Assembly: GCA_025999335.1 (NCBI GenBank)
Contig: AP024681.1
Coordinates: 459,547-523,546, forward strand
Source of the DNA: Candidatus Parcubacteria bacterium
Lineage (GTDB): Bacteria; Patescibacteriota; Minisyncoccia; UBA6257; HR35
DNA: 64,000 bases
Reading direction: 5' to 3'
Shown here: positions 38,486-46,637 of the stretch, piece by piece
Position numbering within the stretch: position 1 is the first letter of the stretch
Layout: each line of letters begins with the position of its first letter
Notes under the pieces: model-generated
Database searches by the model: none
Told to the model about the DNA's origin: nothing
What the model saw: the letters and a program-made list of their open reading frames with translations, nothing else
Program-made: the position numbers and the translations under genes

Positions 38486-39106
38486 ATGAAAAAAGAAATA
38501 TCAACCAACAGGGGATTTACTTTAATTGAATTATTAATAGTTCTTGCTCTTATTTCTATTTTAGCCGCTATTTTAATTGTGGTTATCAATCCGACGGAAA
38601 TTTTTAAAAAGAGTCGCGATGCTAAAAGAGTTGGCGATTTGAAAAATGTAGCTCAAGCTATTCAGGCTGCTTTAACCGATAAACCCAATTTAGGCTTAGG
38701 TCGTAATGGCAATACTGAATGCATAGGAGGGAGTCAGCCAACAATATTTTCTTCACAATATATATCAGGAACCAGCAGTTTTGCTACTTTTACAGCGGTA
38801 ACCGGGAGTCCTTCACAAGCTATTGATGGCACTGGATGGATCCCTGTTAATCTAACTAATGTTGCTATAGCTAATTTATCTTCTTATCCAATTGATCCTG
38901 TCAATAGAACAACTACACCTGCCTATTATTATACTTATGCTTGTGATGCCCAGAAAGGTTTTTTTGAAATTGATGCTCGTATGGAATCTAATGTTGACGC
39001 TCATACTACTGACGGCGGAGATAATCCTTTATTATACGAAGAAGGTTCAGGTAAAAAAGGCATCTTACCAACTGCGACAGGAACTAATTTTTATCAGAAC
39101 TATTAA
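38486..39106 (+). CDS. Type IV pilin (class III signal peptide, N-terminal methylation motif)
   Basis: 206 aa. MKKEISTNRG|FTLIELLIVLALISILAAI has a Gly at −1, Phe at +1 and Glu at +5. The mature domain has paired Cys residues. Confidence 0.85.
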   Translation: MKKEISTNRGFTLIELLIVLALISILAAILIVVINPTEIFKKSRDAKRVGDLKNVAQAIQAALTDKPNLGLGRNGNTECIGGSQPTIFSSQYISGTSSFATFTAVTGSPSQAIDGTGWIPVNLTNVAIANLSSYPIDPVNRTTTPAYYYTYACDAQKGFFEIDARMESNVDAHTTDGGDNPLLYEEGSGKKGILPTATGTNFYQNY

Positions 39107-40124
39107 AAATTAGTTTACGAAAACCGTTTAGAAATTCTTTACCACTCATAATTTTTCGATTTTCTAATTGAACTTTTTGAAGAATAATATAAGCATCTTT
39201 TAGTTTTAAGCAGAGATTGTTTTTGAAAGTGAAAAATTGTCCAGTTTGGGTTTTATCTTTAATATCTTTTTTTAAGAAGTTGTCAGGTAATTTTTCAATG
39301 CTAAATATTTTTAAGATTTTATCATTAATTTTTATAAAAGTTCCGGGCCAAGGGTTATAAGCGCGTATTTTTTTGTTCCAAATTTCAAAGTCGTCAGTTA
39401 AATTTAAAAACCCATCGTCTTTTTTAAGTTTTTTTGTATAAGTTGCTAAATCATCATTTTGTTTTTTAAGTTCGATATCTTTGTAGAGATAATTTTCTAT
39501 AATTTCAGTTAAAGTTTTACCTCCCAAAATTCCAAGTTCTAACTCTAATTCTTCATAGGTGATATTTGCTTTAAGTTTATATTTTTCTTGTACGATTATT
39601 GGTCCGTGATCTATAAGTTCGTCAATTTTGAAGATAGTTATCCCTGATTCATTATCGCCTTGTAAAATTGTTTCTCTTAAAGGATTAGGACCACGGTATT
39701 TAGGTAATAACGAAGGATGAACATTAATTATTCCTTTAGGAAAAAGATCAATGATATTTTTAGGAATTATTTTTGAAAAAGCGGCTACAATACCAGCAAG
39801 AGGTTGTATTTGATTAATAATTAACTTAATATTTTGCCATTGCTCGGTGTTGGCATTGTGATGATTATTTTTGTTATTAAAAGTTGTTTGTTTGTTTTGT
39901 TGTTGATTTTGATGGTTTTGGCTGGTATTTGGTAATTCAATAACTTCTAATTTATGTTGAAGGCAAAAACTATAAACTTCATTTAATTTTATTTTTAACC
40001 CCCTACCAGCAGGTTTAGCTTGATTAGTGATAATTAAAAGAGGTTTGTATTTTTTAATAAATTCTTTTAAAACATAAACAGAAAAACGACTTGAACCAAA
40101 GAAAAATACAGGTAAATTTTTCAT
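39084..40124 (-). CDS. fmt: Methionyl-tRNA formyltransferase with an inserted Gln/Asn-rich low-complexity segment
   Basis: 346 aa. It has FFGSSRFSV and the formyltransferase core INVHPSLLPKYRGPNPL. The insert NTSQNHQNQQQNKQTTFNNKNNHHNANTEQ lies between the N-terminal lobe and the core. Confidence 0.75.
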   Translation of the reverse strand: MKNLPVFFFGSSRFSVYVLKEFIKKYKPLLIITNQAKPAGRGLKIKLNEVYSFCLQHKLEVIELPNTSQNHQNQQQNKQTTFNNKNNHHNANTEQWQNIKLIINQIQPLAGIVAAFSKIIPKNIIDLFPKGIINVHPSLLPKYRGPNPLRETILQGDNESGITIFKIDELIDHGPIIVQEKYKLKANITYEELELELGILGGKTLTEIIENYLYKDIELKKQNDDLATYTKKLKKDDGFLNLTDDFEIWNKKIRAYNPWPGTFIKINDKILKIFSIEKLPDNFLKKDIKDKTQTGQFFTFKNNLCLKLKDAYIILQKVQLENRKIMSGKEFLNGFRKLIFNSSDKN

Positions 40125-40591
40125 TATTCTTTTAAGGTAAACACTTCTTGAGCTTTATCAATGAATAATATTCCTTGAAGGTGATCAATCTCATGTTGAA
40201 TGATATGAGCTAACAATCCTTTGGCTCTGATTTTGCGTTTTTTATTCCATAAATTAGTATATTCTATTATGACTTGCGGATAACGCTTAACATAACCCCA
40301 AACATTAGGTACGCTTAAGCAACCTTCTTCTTTTAATTCTTCTTTACCGATATATTTTATAATTTTTGGATTTATAAAAGTTTCAATTTTTCCTTTTTGT
40401 TCATCAATTGCTATAAATATTGATAAATTTTCACCTATTTGATTAGCAGCTAAACCAACGCCTTTGTGTTGTTTCATCATTTTTTTCATTGTCTCAATAA
40501 TTTTTTTGATGGCATCGTTTATTTCTGCAACCTCTTTAGTTGTCTTTTTTAAAATTTGGTGAGGATAAGTAATTAATTTGGTTTCAGGCAT
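40124..40591 (-). CDS. def: Peptide deformylase
   Basis: 155 aa with GVGLAANQIG, EGCLSVP and HEIDHLQG motifs. Confidence 0.85.
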   Translation of the reverse strand: MPETKLITYPHQILKKTTKEVAEINDAIKKIIETMKKMMKQHKGVGLAANQIGENLSIFIAIDEQKGKIETFINPKIIKYIGKEELKEEGCLSVPNVWGYVKRYPQVIIEYTNLWNKKRKIRAKGLLAHIIQHEIDHLQGILFIDKAQEVFTLKE

Positions 40592-40634
40592 CGTTAATTT
40601 AATTTTTATATTTATGCTATAATTTATATTATAA
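40592..40634. promoter_or_regulatory. Divergent promoter region between def (−) and the nuclease gene (+)
   Basis: On the + strand, TGcTATAAT (40615–40623) lies 11 bp before the ATG at 40635. On the − strand the region reads tttataatat (TATAAT) upstream of def. Confidence 0.45.
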
Positions 40635-41417
40635 ATGAAATACCAAAATTTAGAAGATTTTAAAAAAGAGCAGGGTTATTATATTGATAATGTTTGGTAT
40701 CCTCGAGTAACTAAGATATGCGATGTTAAAAATAAACCGGGGTTGTATTATTTCTATGGGCAAGCTTTAAGCTTTCAACATGCTAATTTGCAAAAACAAA
40801 AAGCAGCTGACGAAGGTAAAATTGTTCATGAGTTGATAGAAAGTTTTATTAGCCATCGTTCTGTTATTGTGCCTGAAGAATACCAGGGTATTCATAAAGC
40901 TTTTACTGATTTTTTGCGTAATCACTCGTTTTTTTCTAAAATGGAATGGCTTGAAAAACGAATTAAGCATGATGGTTATCGCTATGCTGGCACTTTTGAT
41001 ATTATCGGTGAATTAGATGGTTATTTTGCTTTAATTGATATTAAAACCTCTTCAGCTGTTTACGATGATTATCGTTTGCAAACTTCTGCTTATTTTTGGG
41101 CTTTAAGAGAAGAGCCTTGGCTTTTGACTGATAATGGGCGTAAAATTGTTTTACCTCGCGAAATCGAAAAAAGATATATTTTAAGAATTAATCAAAAAAG
41201 AATTTGCGAGAAATGTGGAGTGACGATGAAAGTTCGCAAGATAGGCGATAAAATAGAAGGTAATAATAATTGCGAGCATAAATTTGGAGAATTAATAGGC
41301 GAATGGGAATTAAAAGAATTTAATGGTCATGAAGAAGATTTTAAAGGTTTTTTACATTGTAAAGGTTTATGGGAATGGGAATATAGAGATTATTTAAAAG
41401 AAATAGGTTATTTATAA
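40635..41417 (+). CDS. PD-(D/E)XK superfamily nuclease (Cas4/RecB-like fold) with a C-terminal Cys cluster
   Basis: 260 aa. GTFDIIGELDGYFALIDIKTS gives the D…(D/E)xK motif, followed by the QTSAYFWAL (QxxxY) motif. The C-terminus has CEKCG…CEHK. Confidence 0.55.
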   Translation: MKYQNLEDFKKEQGYYIDNVWYPRVTKICDVKNKPGLYYFYGQALSFQHANLQKQKAADEGKIVHELIESFISHRSVIVPEEYQGIHKAFTDFLRNHSFFSKMEWLEKRIKHDGYRYAGTFDIIGELDGYFALIDIKTSSAVYDDYRLQTSAYFWALREEPWLLTDNGRKIVLPREIEKRYILRINQKRICEKCGVTMKVRKIGDKIEGNNNCEHKFGELIGEWELKEFNGHEEDFKGFLHCKGLWEWEYRDYLKEIGYL

Positions 41418-41447
41418 AATAATATAATTTAAATTAATTTTATCATT

Positions 41448-42857
41448 ATGCAAAAAATTTGGATTAAAGAGACAAAAAATTTAGTTAACAAGTATGTGAA
41501 TTTATTTGGATTTGTTACTAATATAAGAGATCATGGAAAAATTATTTTTATTGATTTAAAAGATAGAAGTGGAATTATTCAGTGTGTTATTGATCAAAAT
41601 AATAATAAATTTTCGCAATTTAAACTTCTCAAACCTTTTTCAGTTATAAAAGTTTCTGGCTTAATTAAAGATAGACCGGCGCATTTAGCTAATCCTCACT
41701 TAGAAACAGGTAAAATTGAATTAGCCATAGATAATTTTGATATTCTTTCTTTGTCAGAGACATTGCCTTTTGATTTAGATGGCGATGGTTATGATTTAGA
41801 CGAAGCTTTAAGATTGAAATTTCGTTATCTTGATTTAAGAAGAGATCGTTTGCAAAAAAATTTAAGACGTCGCCATGAATTTTTGTTATTTTTGAGAAAT
41901 TTTTTAGATGCTTATGGTTTTATAGAAATTGAAACTCCTATTTTAACTAAATCAACTCCTGAAGGCGCACGTGATTATGTTGTGCCTAGTCGTTTATACC
42001 CAGGTAATTTTTATGCTTTACCGCAATCACCACAGCAATATAAACAATTATTAATGGTTAGCGGCATAGAAAGATATTTTCAGATAGCTCGATGTTTTAG
42101 AGATGAAGACCCTCGTATGGATAGACAACCAGAATTTACGCAATTAGACATTGAGATGAGTTATGTGACTAAAGAGGATATTTTATCATTTATTGAAAAA
42201 ATGTTTGTTGAAGCTATTACTAATTTATATCCCCATAAAAAAATTACTAAAATTCCTTTCCCGCGTTTGACTTACAAAGAAGCAATCGAGATTTATGGTT
42301 CCGACAAGCCTGACTTAAGAATTAATAATAACGATAATGATGAATTAGCTTTTGTTTTTATTGTAGATTTTCCAATGTTTGAATGGGATCAAAAAAATAA
42401 TAAATGGGATGCTATGCATCATCCTTTTACCCAGCCAATATTACCCAATGGCGAATATAACAAAGAAGAAATCCTTAAGTTATTAGATAAGAATCCCGAA
42501 TTATTATTTAGCGAGCAGTATGATTTGGTTTTAAATGGTTTTGAGATAGGCGGAGGAAGCATCCGAACAACTGATAAAGATATATTATTAAAAGTTTTTG
42601 AAGTTTTAGGTTATAATAAAGATGATATTGCTGATAAATTTAAACATTTATTAGAAGCTTTTTCCTTTGGTGTTCCGCCTCATGGTGGCATTGCCCCTGG
42701 CATTGATAGAATTTTAATGATTTTAGAGAATGAAAAAAGCATTCGAGAAGTGATAGCTTTTCCTAAAACAGGCGAAGGTCGAGATTATATGATGGATGCG
42801 CCAAGCGAAATTTCGAAGGAACAATTAGCTGAATTAAAAATACGTATTATTAATTAA
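41448..42857 (+). CDS. aspS: Aspartyl-tRNA synthetase, short bacterial-type form lacking the GAD insertion
   Basis: 469 aa. Motif 2 is FRDEDPRMDRQPEFTQLD, followed by QSPQQYKQLLM. Motif 3 is GGGSIR…GIDR. Confidence 0.8.
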   Translation: MQKIWIKETKNLVNKYVNLFGFVTNIRDHGKIIFIDLKDRSGIIQCVIDQNNNKFSQFKLLKPFSVIKVSGLIKDRPAHLANPHLETGKIELAIDNFDILSLSETLPFDLDGDGYDLDEALRLKFRYLDLRRDRLQKNLRRRHEFLLFLRNFLDAYGFIEIETPILTKSTPEGARDYVVPSRLYPGNFYALPQSPQQYKQLLMVSGIERYFQIARCFRDEDPRMDRQPEFTQLDIEMSYVTKEDILSFIEKMFVEAITNLYPHKKITKIPFPRLTYKEAIEIYGSDKPDLRINNNDNDELAFVFIVDFPMFEWDQKNNKWDAMHHPFTQPILPNGEYNKEEILKLLDKNPELLFSEQYDLVLNGFEIGGGSIRTTDKDILLKVFEVLGYNKDDIADKFKHLLEAFSFGVPPHGGIAPGIDRILMILENEKSIREVIAFPKTGEGRDYMMDAPSEISKEQLAELKIRIIN

Positions 42858-42892
42858 TTTGGTCGTTATTAGGTTAGTTGTAATTTTTAACT

Positions 42893-43405
42893 ATGAATCA
42901 TCACAAAGAATCTAAATATATTATTGGTTCTGTTGTTTTAGGTATTGTTATAGGAATATTTATTTTTGTTAGTGGTCGTTATTTGTCAAATTTTACCGCT
43001 GGTAAGTATGTCGGCGTTTTTTTTAATAACGGCAATGTTTATTTCGGTAAATTATCTGTATTTCCTCAATTAAAATTAAAAAACGCAATTTTTCTTACTC
43101 AAGGAAATAATGGCGGATTGTATGCAAATAAACTATCAGATATACAATGGGCACCTGTTGGCGATATTTATTTTGATAGAAGCGCTGTGGCTTTTATTAT
43201 GCCTTTAAAAGAAAATTCACCATTGATTCAGGTTATTGAAGGTACGCCAGCAAATACTCCGACAACTCAACAAACAACGCCGCTAAATACTCAATCCGTT
43301 AATCAAAATCCAAATAATACCAATACTAACCCGAACGTTCCTGCAAATCAGCAAAATACGCAAACTCAAGGAGGTGCCTCGCCAAATGTTGTGCCTACTG
43401 AATAA
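42893..43405 (+). CDS. Small membrane-anchored protein with a Thr/Gln/Asn/Pro-rich C-terminal tail
   Basis: 170 aa. It has an N-terminal TM (IIGSVVLGIVIGIFIFV) and the tail TPANTPTTQQTTPLNTQSVNQNPNNTNTNPN. Confidence 0.5.
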   Translation: MNHHKESKYIIGSVVLGIVIGIFIFVSGRYLSNFTAGKYVGVFFNNGNVYFGKLSVFPQLKLKNAIFLTQGNNGGLYANKLSDIQWAPVGDIYFDRSAVAFIMPLKENSPLIQVIEGTPANTPTTQQTTPLNTQSVNQNPNNTNTNPNVPANQQNTQTQGGASPNVVPTE

Positions 43406-43467
43406 CAAAAAATATATTTCTGTAAAGTTTATAAAAAATTATAATTATTTTTAGAATTTGAAGATGC

Positions 43468-43476
43468 TGATATAAT
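43468..43476 (+). promoter_or_regulatory. Extended -10 element TGaTATAAT
   Basis: The sequence tgatataat is identical to the 9-mer at 45831–45839. It lies upstream of the 43592 gene. Confidence 0.4.
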
Positions 43477-43591
43477 CTTTTAGCTATTTATATTGTGATT
43501 TAACTATGTTGATAATTTAACGCAATTGTTAAGATAATTATAATATATTTAAAAGATTGAGAATGATAATTAATTAAAATTTATATAATCG

Positions 43592-43861
43592 ATGTATAAA
43601 AATTTTATCGTGACTATTATTCTAGTAATAATTTTTATATTATTTATTTACTATTTTGTTATTTTGCAGAGAAAATCATTCTTAACACCACAGTTACCAG
43701 TTTTAATCAATGAAGAAGAATTAATAACAATACCGACAACAACGACAGTAACCTCAACGCCATCGTCAGATACTTTATTAAAAACACAGCAACCAACTTC
43801 ATCAGCCTCAGATACAGAGTTATTAAAAATTACATCTACCTATACAACTTCATCTTTTTAG
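43592..43861 (+). CDS. Small membrane-anchored Ser/Thr-rich protein
   Basis: 89 aa. It has a TM (IVTIILVIIFILFIYYFVIL) and then TTTTVTSTPSSDTLL…TSSASDT. Confidence 0.45.
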   Translation: MYKNFIVTIILVIIFILFIYYFVILQRKSFLTPQLPVLINEEELITIPTTTTVTSTPSSDTLLKTQQPTSSASDTELLKITSTYTTSSF

Positions 43862-44040
43862 GTAATTTAATCTTTTGTAAAAATGAATTTAAGAAAAAAC
43901 AAAATGTATTAAATTACATAAGTACTTTTTTATATAATTTTTACAATTCAACTGGTATTATCATTTTAAAATATCCACATTTTTATTTAAATTTGATATC
44001 TAAATTTGTTATAATAAATTTTGATTAGACATTAGAAATA

Positions 44041-45735
44041 ATGGTTTTAAAAGATTTTGCATCTTTTAATTTTTTTATTGTTTTGCTAATTGCTTTGCTT
44101 TTTATGTTACCTTCATTTCTTTATTCTCAATCATTGCAACATCAAGGTAAAATAGGTTCTTATCCTATTGTTATTGAAGCTTTTAATCTTTTAGATGATA
44201 ATCAAACAATAGAAGGAAGATACAGGTATCAGAATAAAGATGTGTGGTTAATCTTAAAAGGAAAGATTGACTTAAAAAATAATTCTGTGTCTATAGATGA
44301 ATACGATGAAAATAATGTTAAAACTGGAGTTTTTAGTGGAACATATTTTAAGAAATCAAAAACAATAAAACTAACTAAATGGACTTCAGCTAAGAAAAAA
44401 ACATCATTAAAAGTATATTTACCTTCTATAAAATTATTAACCACTAAGAAAACAATTTCAACAACAAGATTACAATCAGAAAAAATTTATACCATACCTC
44501 AAGGATATGAAATTGCAGGAACAGTATTTTCAAAAGATTCAACCCGATATGCAATTTTACTAAAAACTCCAGAAGGAAAATATACAGTTGTTTTAGATGG
44601 AAAAGAAGGGAAGAAGTATGATCGTATTGAAAATCTCACTTTCTCTCCCGACAGTCAACATCTCGCTTATGTAGCTGGGGAAGATTGTAAAGATAATAAA
44701 ATATGCTCAAAACATTTCGTAGTATTAGATGGAAAAGAAGGGAAGAAGTATGAGTATATTGATAGTCTTACCTTTTCTCCTAAAGGTCAACGTTTTGCTT
44801 ATGTAGCTACGGAAGAAGATAAATATACAGTTGTTTTAGATGGAAAAGAAGGAAAATGGTATGATAATATTTATACTCTAACTTTCTCTTCTGATAGCAA
44901 GCGTTTCGCTTATGTAGCTAACGAAAAAGGAAAAAGACAATATACAGTTGTTATAGATGGAAAAGAAGAAAAAAGACATGGTTATGTTTCTGATTTCTCT
45001 TTTTCTCCTGATAGTAAACATTTTGTTTATGTAGCTGGAGAAGATTGTGAAATTATTACCTGCTCAAAATATTTCGTAGTTATAGATGGAAAAGAAGGGA
45101 AGAAGTATGATGACGTTGACCCTTTTGATTTCACTCTCTCTCCTGATGGTCAACATTTTGCTTATCTAACTACTAGAGAAGAAGATAAATATACAGTTGT
45201 CTTAGATGGAAAAAGGGGGAAGAAATATGATTATATTGAAAGATACGGCTTTTCTTTCTCTCCCGATAGTCGACATTTTGCTTATATCGTTGGAGAAGAT
45301 TGTAAAAAATATGAAAAAAATAGGTGTTTAAAATATTTCGTGGTTTTAGATGGAAAAGAAAGGGAGAGGTATGATTATATTGATAAAAATAATCTCATTT
45401 TCTCTCCCGACAGTCAACATCTCGCTTATGTAGCCGGAGGAGATTGTAAAGATAAAATATGCTCAAAATATTTAGTAGTTTTAGACGGAAAAGAAGGAAA
45501 GAAGTATGAGCGTGTTTATAATCTAACTTTTTCTCCTAACAGTCAACATTTTGCTTATGTAGTTGGAGAAAATTGCAAATATGATATATGCTTAAAATAC
45601 TTCGTGGTGTTAGATGACAAAGAAAGTGAAAGATATGATAAAATATATCAGTTTAATTTTCTTGAAAATAATAAAAACTTAATTTACTTTGTTTTAAAGA
45701 ATAATGAGATTTGGAGAATTGTTGAAGAGTTGTGA
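44041..45735 (+). CDS. Secreted tandem-repeat beta-propeller-like protein (PD40/TolB-like blades)
   Basis: 564 aa with a signal peptide. It has ≥9 degenerate repeats of the form YTVVLDGKEGKKYD-I-x-LTFSPDSQHFAYVAGEDCK…C-KYF, where FSPD-x-x-x-AYV is the PD40 blade motif. The repeat is visible at DNA level (tagatggaaaagaagggaagaagtatga recurs). Confidence 0.65.
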   Translation: MVLKDFASFNFFIVLLIALLFMLPSFLYSQSLQHQGKIGSYPIVIEAFNLLDDNQTIEGRYRYQNKDVWLILKGKIDLKNNSVSIDEYDENNVKTGVFSGTYFKKSKTIKLTKWTSAKKKTSLKVYLPSIKLLTTKKTISTTRLQSEKIYTIPQGYEIAGTVFSKDSTRYAILLKTPEGKYTVVLDGKEGKKYDRIENLTFSPDSQHLAYVAGEDCKDNKICSKHFVVLDGKEGKKYEYIDSLTFSPKGQRFAYVATEEDKYTVVLDGKEGKWYDNIYTLTFSSDSKRFAYVANEKGKRQYTVVIDGKEEKRHGYVSDFSFSPDSKHFVYVAGEDCEIITCSKYFVVIDGKEGKKYDDVDPFDFTLSPDGQHFAYLTTREEDKYTVVLDGKRGKKYDYIERYGFSFSPDSRHFAYIVGEDCKKYEKNRCLKYFVVLDGKERERYDYIDKNNLIFSPDSQHLAYVAGGDCKDKICSKYLVVLDGKEGKKYERVYNLTFSPNSQHFAYVVGENCKYDICLKYFVVLDDKESERYDKIYQFNFLENNKNLIYFVLKNNEIWRIVEEL

Positions 45736-45830
45736 AAATTTTGTATTGCAAAATGAATGATTATTAAAAGTTAATTATCTCTTTTATCCACTTAATGATT
45801 ATGTGTATTAAATAAATTTTATTTTTTTTG

Positions 45831-45839
45831 TGATATAAT
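45831..45839 (+). promoter_or_regulatory. Extended -10 promoter element TGaTATAAT upstream of the ribA-like leader
   Basis: The sequence tgatataat lies ~175 bp upstream of the 46013 ATG. Confidence 0.45.
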
Positions 45840-45913
45840 ATTAATTAAAGATGACATTACTTGCGAAACATAATTACAGTTTAGGTTTGTCAATTATTTT
45901 GCGCCGAGGTTTT

Positions 45914-45961
45914 CCGGCTGAGGTGATTTGATTTACAGAAAGTATATATCACTTCAGCCGG
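45914..45961 (+). promoter_or_regulatory. Long leader hairpin (14-bp stem, 20-nt loop), a candidate antiterminator or ligand/protein-binding element
   Basis: CCGGCUGAGGUGAU (45914–45927) pairs with AUCACUUCAGCCGG (45948–45961) with one G·U pair. Its 3' arm overlaps the 5' arm of the downstream terminator. Confidence 0.4.
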
Positions 45962-45979
45962 GGCAACCCGGCTTTTTTT
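45956..45979 (+). terminator. Intrinsic terminator in the 5' leader of the ribA-like gene
   Basis: AGCCGGG-GCAA-CCCGGCU (7-bp GC-rich stem with a GNRA loop) is followed by UUUUUUU. It lies 33 nt before the start codon. Confidence 0.6.
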
Positions 45980-46012
45980 GTTTTGATTTACTTTTAATAA
46001 ATATTTCAAAAA

Positions 46013-46630
46013 ATGACCTTGAAGCCAGTAATTACAAAAATACCAACTGATTACGGTAATTTTTGGTTTTTTGGTTTTAAAATTGACAATCAAGAGGTTT
46101 TAGTAATTGCCACCAAAAAGAATCCTAAAAATGGGGCTAATATAAGGTTGCATTCAAGTTGTTTTACAAGTGAAATTTTCGGTTCCTTAAAATGCGATTG
46201 CGCTGACCAATTAAAAGAATTTATGATTTTAATGAACAAGAATAGACGCGATGACTATTTATTAATTTATTTCTTAAATCATGAAGGTAGGGGCATAGGT
46301 TTGTTTAATAAATTGAGAGCCTATGAAGCGCAGCGAAAATTTAATTTAGATACTTATCAAGCGAATGAATATCTTGGCTTACCACACGATATGAGAGATT
46401 ATAGTCCAGTAATTGAAATTTTACGATATTTTAATCTAACAAAAGTTAATCTTTTTTCTAATAATCTTACAAAATTAGAGTTTCTTAAAAAAAATGGAAT
46501 CATTGTAAATATTAAGAATTTTTTTGTTAAACCAAAATCACAATATGCTTTTCAATATTTACTTGCAAAAGCAAAAAAGGGTAGTTATATTATAAAAAAC
46601 ATTAATTTAAAATATTCAAGGTTAAATTAG
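46013..46630 (+). CDS. GTP cyclohydrolase II family protein (RibA-like)
   Basis: 205 aa. It has RLHSSCFTSEIFGSLKCDCADQL (the three zinc-ligand Cys in RibA spacing), HEGRGIGLFNKLRAYEAQ and DTYQANEYLGLPHDMRDY. Confidence 0.7.
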   Translation: MTLKPVITKIPTDYGNFWFFGFKIDNQEVLVIATKKNPKNGANIRLHSSCFTSEIFGSLKCDCADQLKEFMILMNKNRRDDYLLIYFLNHEGRGIGLFNKLRAYEAQRKFNLDTYQANEYLGLPHDMRDYSPVIEILRYFNLTKVNLFSNNLTKLEFLKKNGIIVNIKNFFVKPKSQYAFQYLLAKAKKGSYIIKNINLKYSRLN

Positions 46631-46637
46631 GCAAATT

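Noticed and set aside
38892-39113. ORF 38892–39113 (+) overlapping the pilin 3' end in another frame
   Set aside because: The pilin frame has the class III signal and continues cleanly. This is a frame-shifted chance ORF.
40767-40970. ORF 40767–40970 (−)
   Set aside because: Antisense within the PD-(D/E)XK nuclease gene.
44500-45650. Possible CRISPR array suggested by the recurring ~30-bp DNA repeat (tagatggaaaagaagg…)
   Set aside because: The repeats are imperfect and irregularly spaced (114–150 bp). They lie in one continuous open reading frame encoding PD40-like protein repeats. There are no unique spacers and no cas genes, so these are coding tandem repeats and not CRISPR.
45847-45979. 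Assigning the ribA-like leader to a known riboswitch class (FMN, ZTP, purine, preQ1)
   Set aside because: None of the conserved cores I can recall for those classes are present. I kept it only as an unclassified attenuator or riboswitch candidate.
45890-46093. 67-aa − strand ORF spanning the ribA-like leader
   Set aside because: It covers the promoter/hairpin/terminator region and the first codons of the ribA-like gene. It has no start context or motif. The region is better explained as a structured + strand leader.
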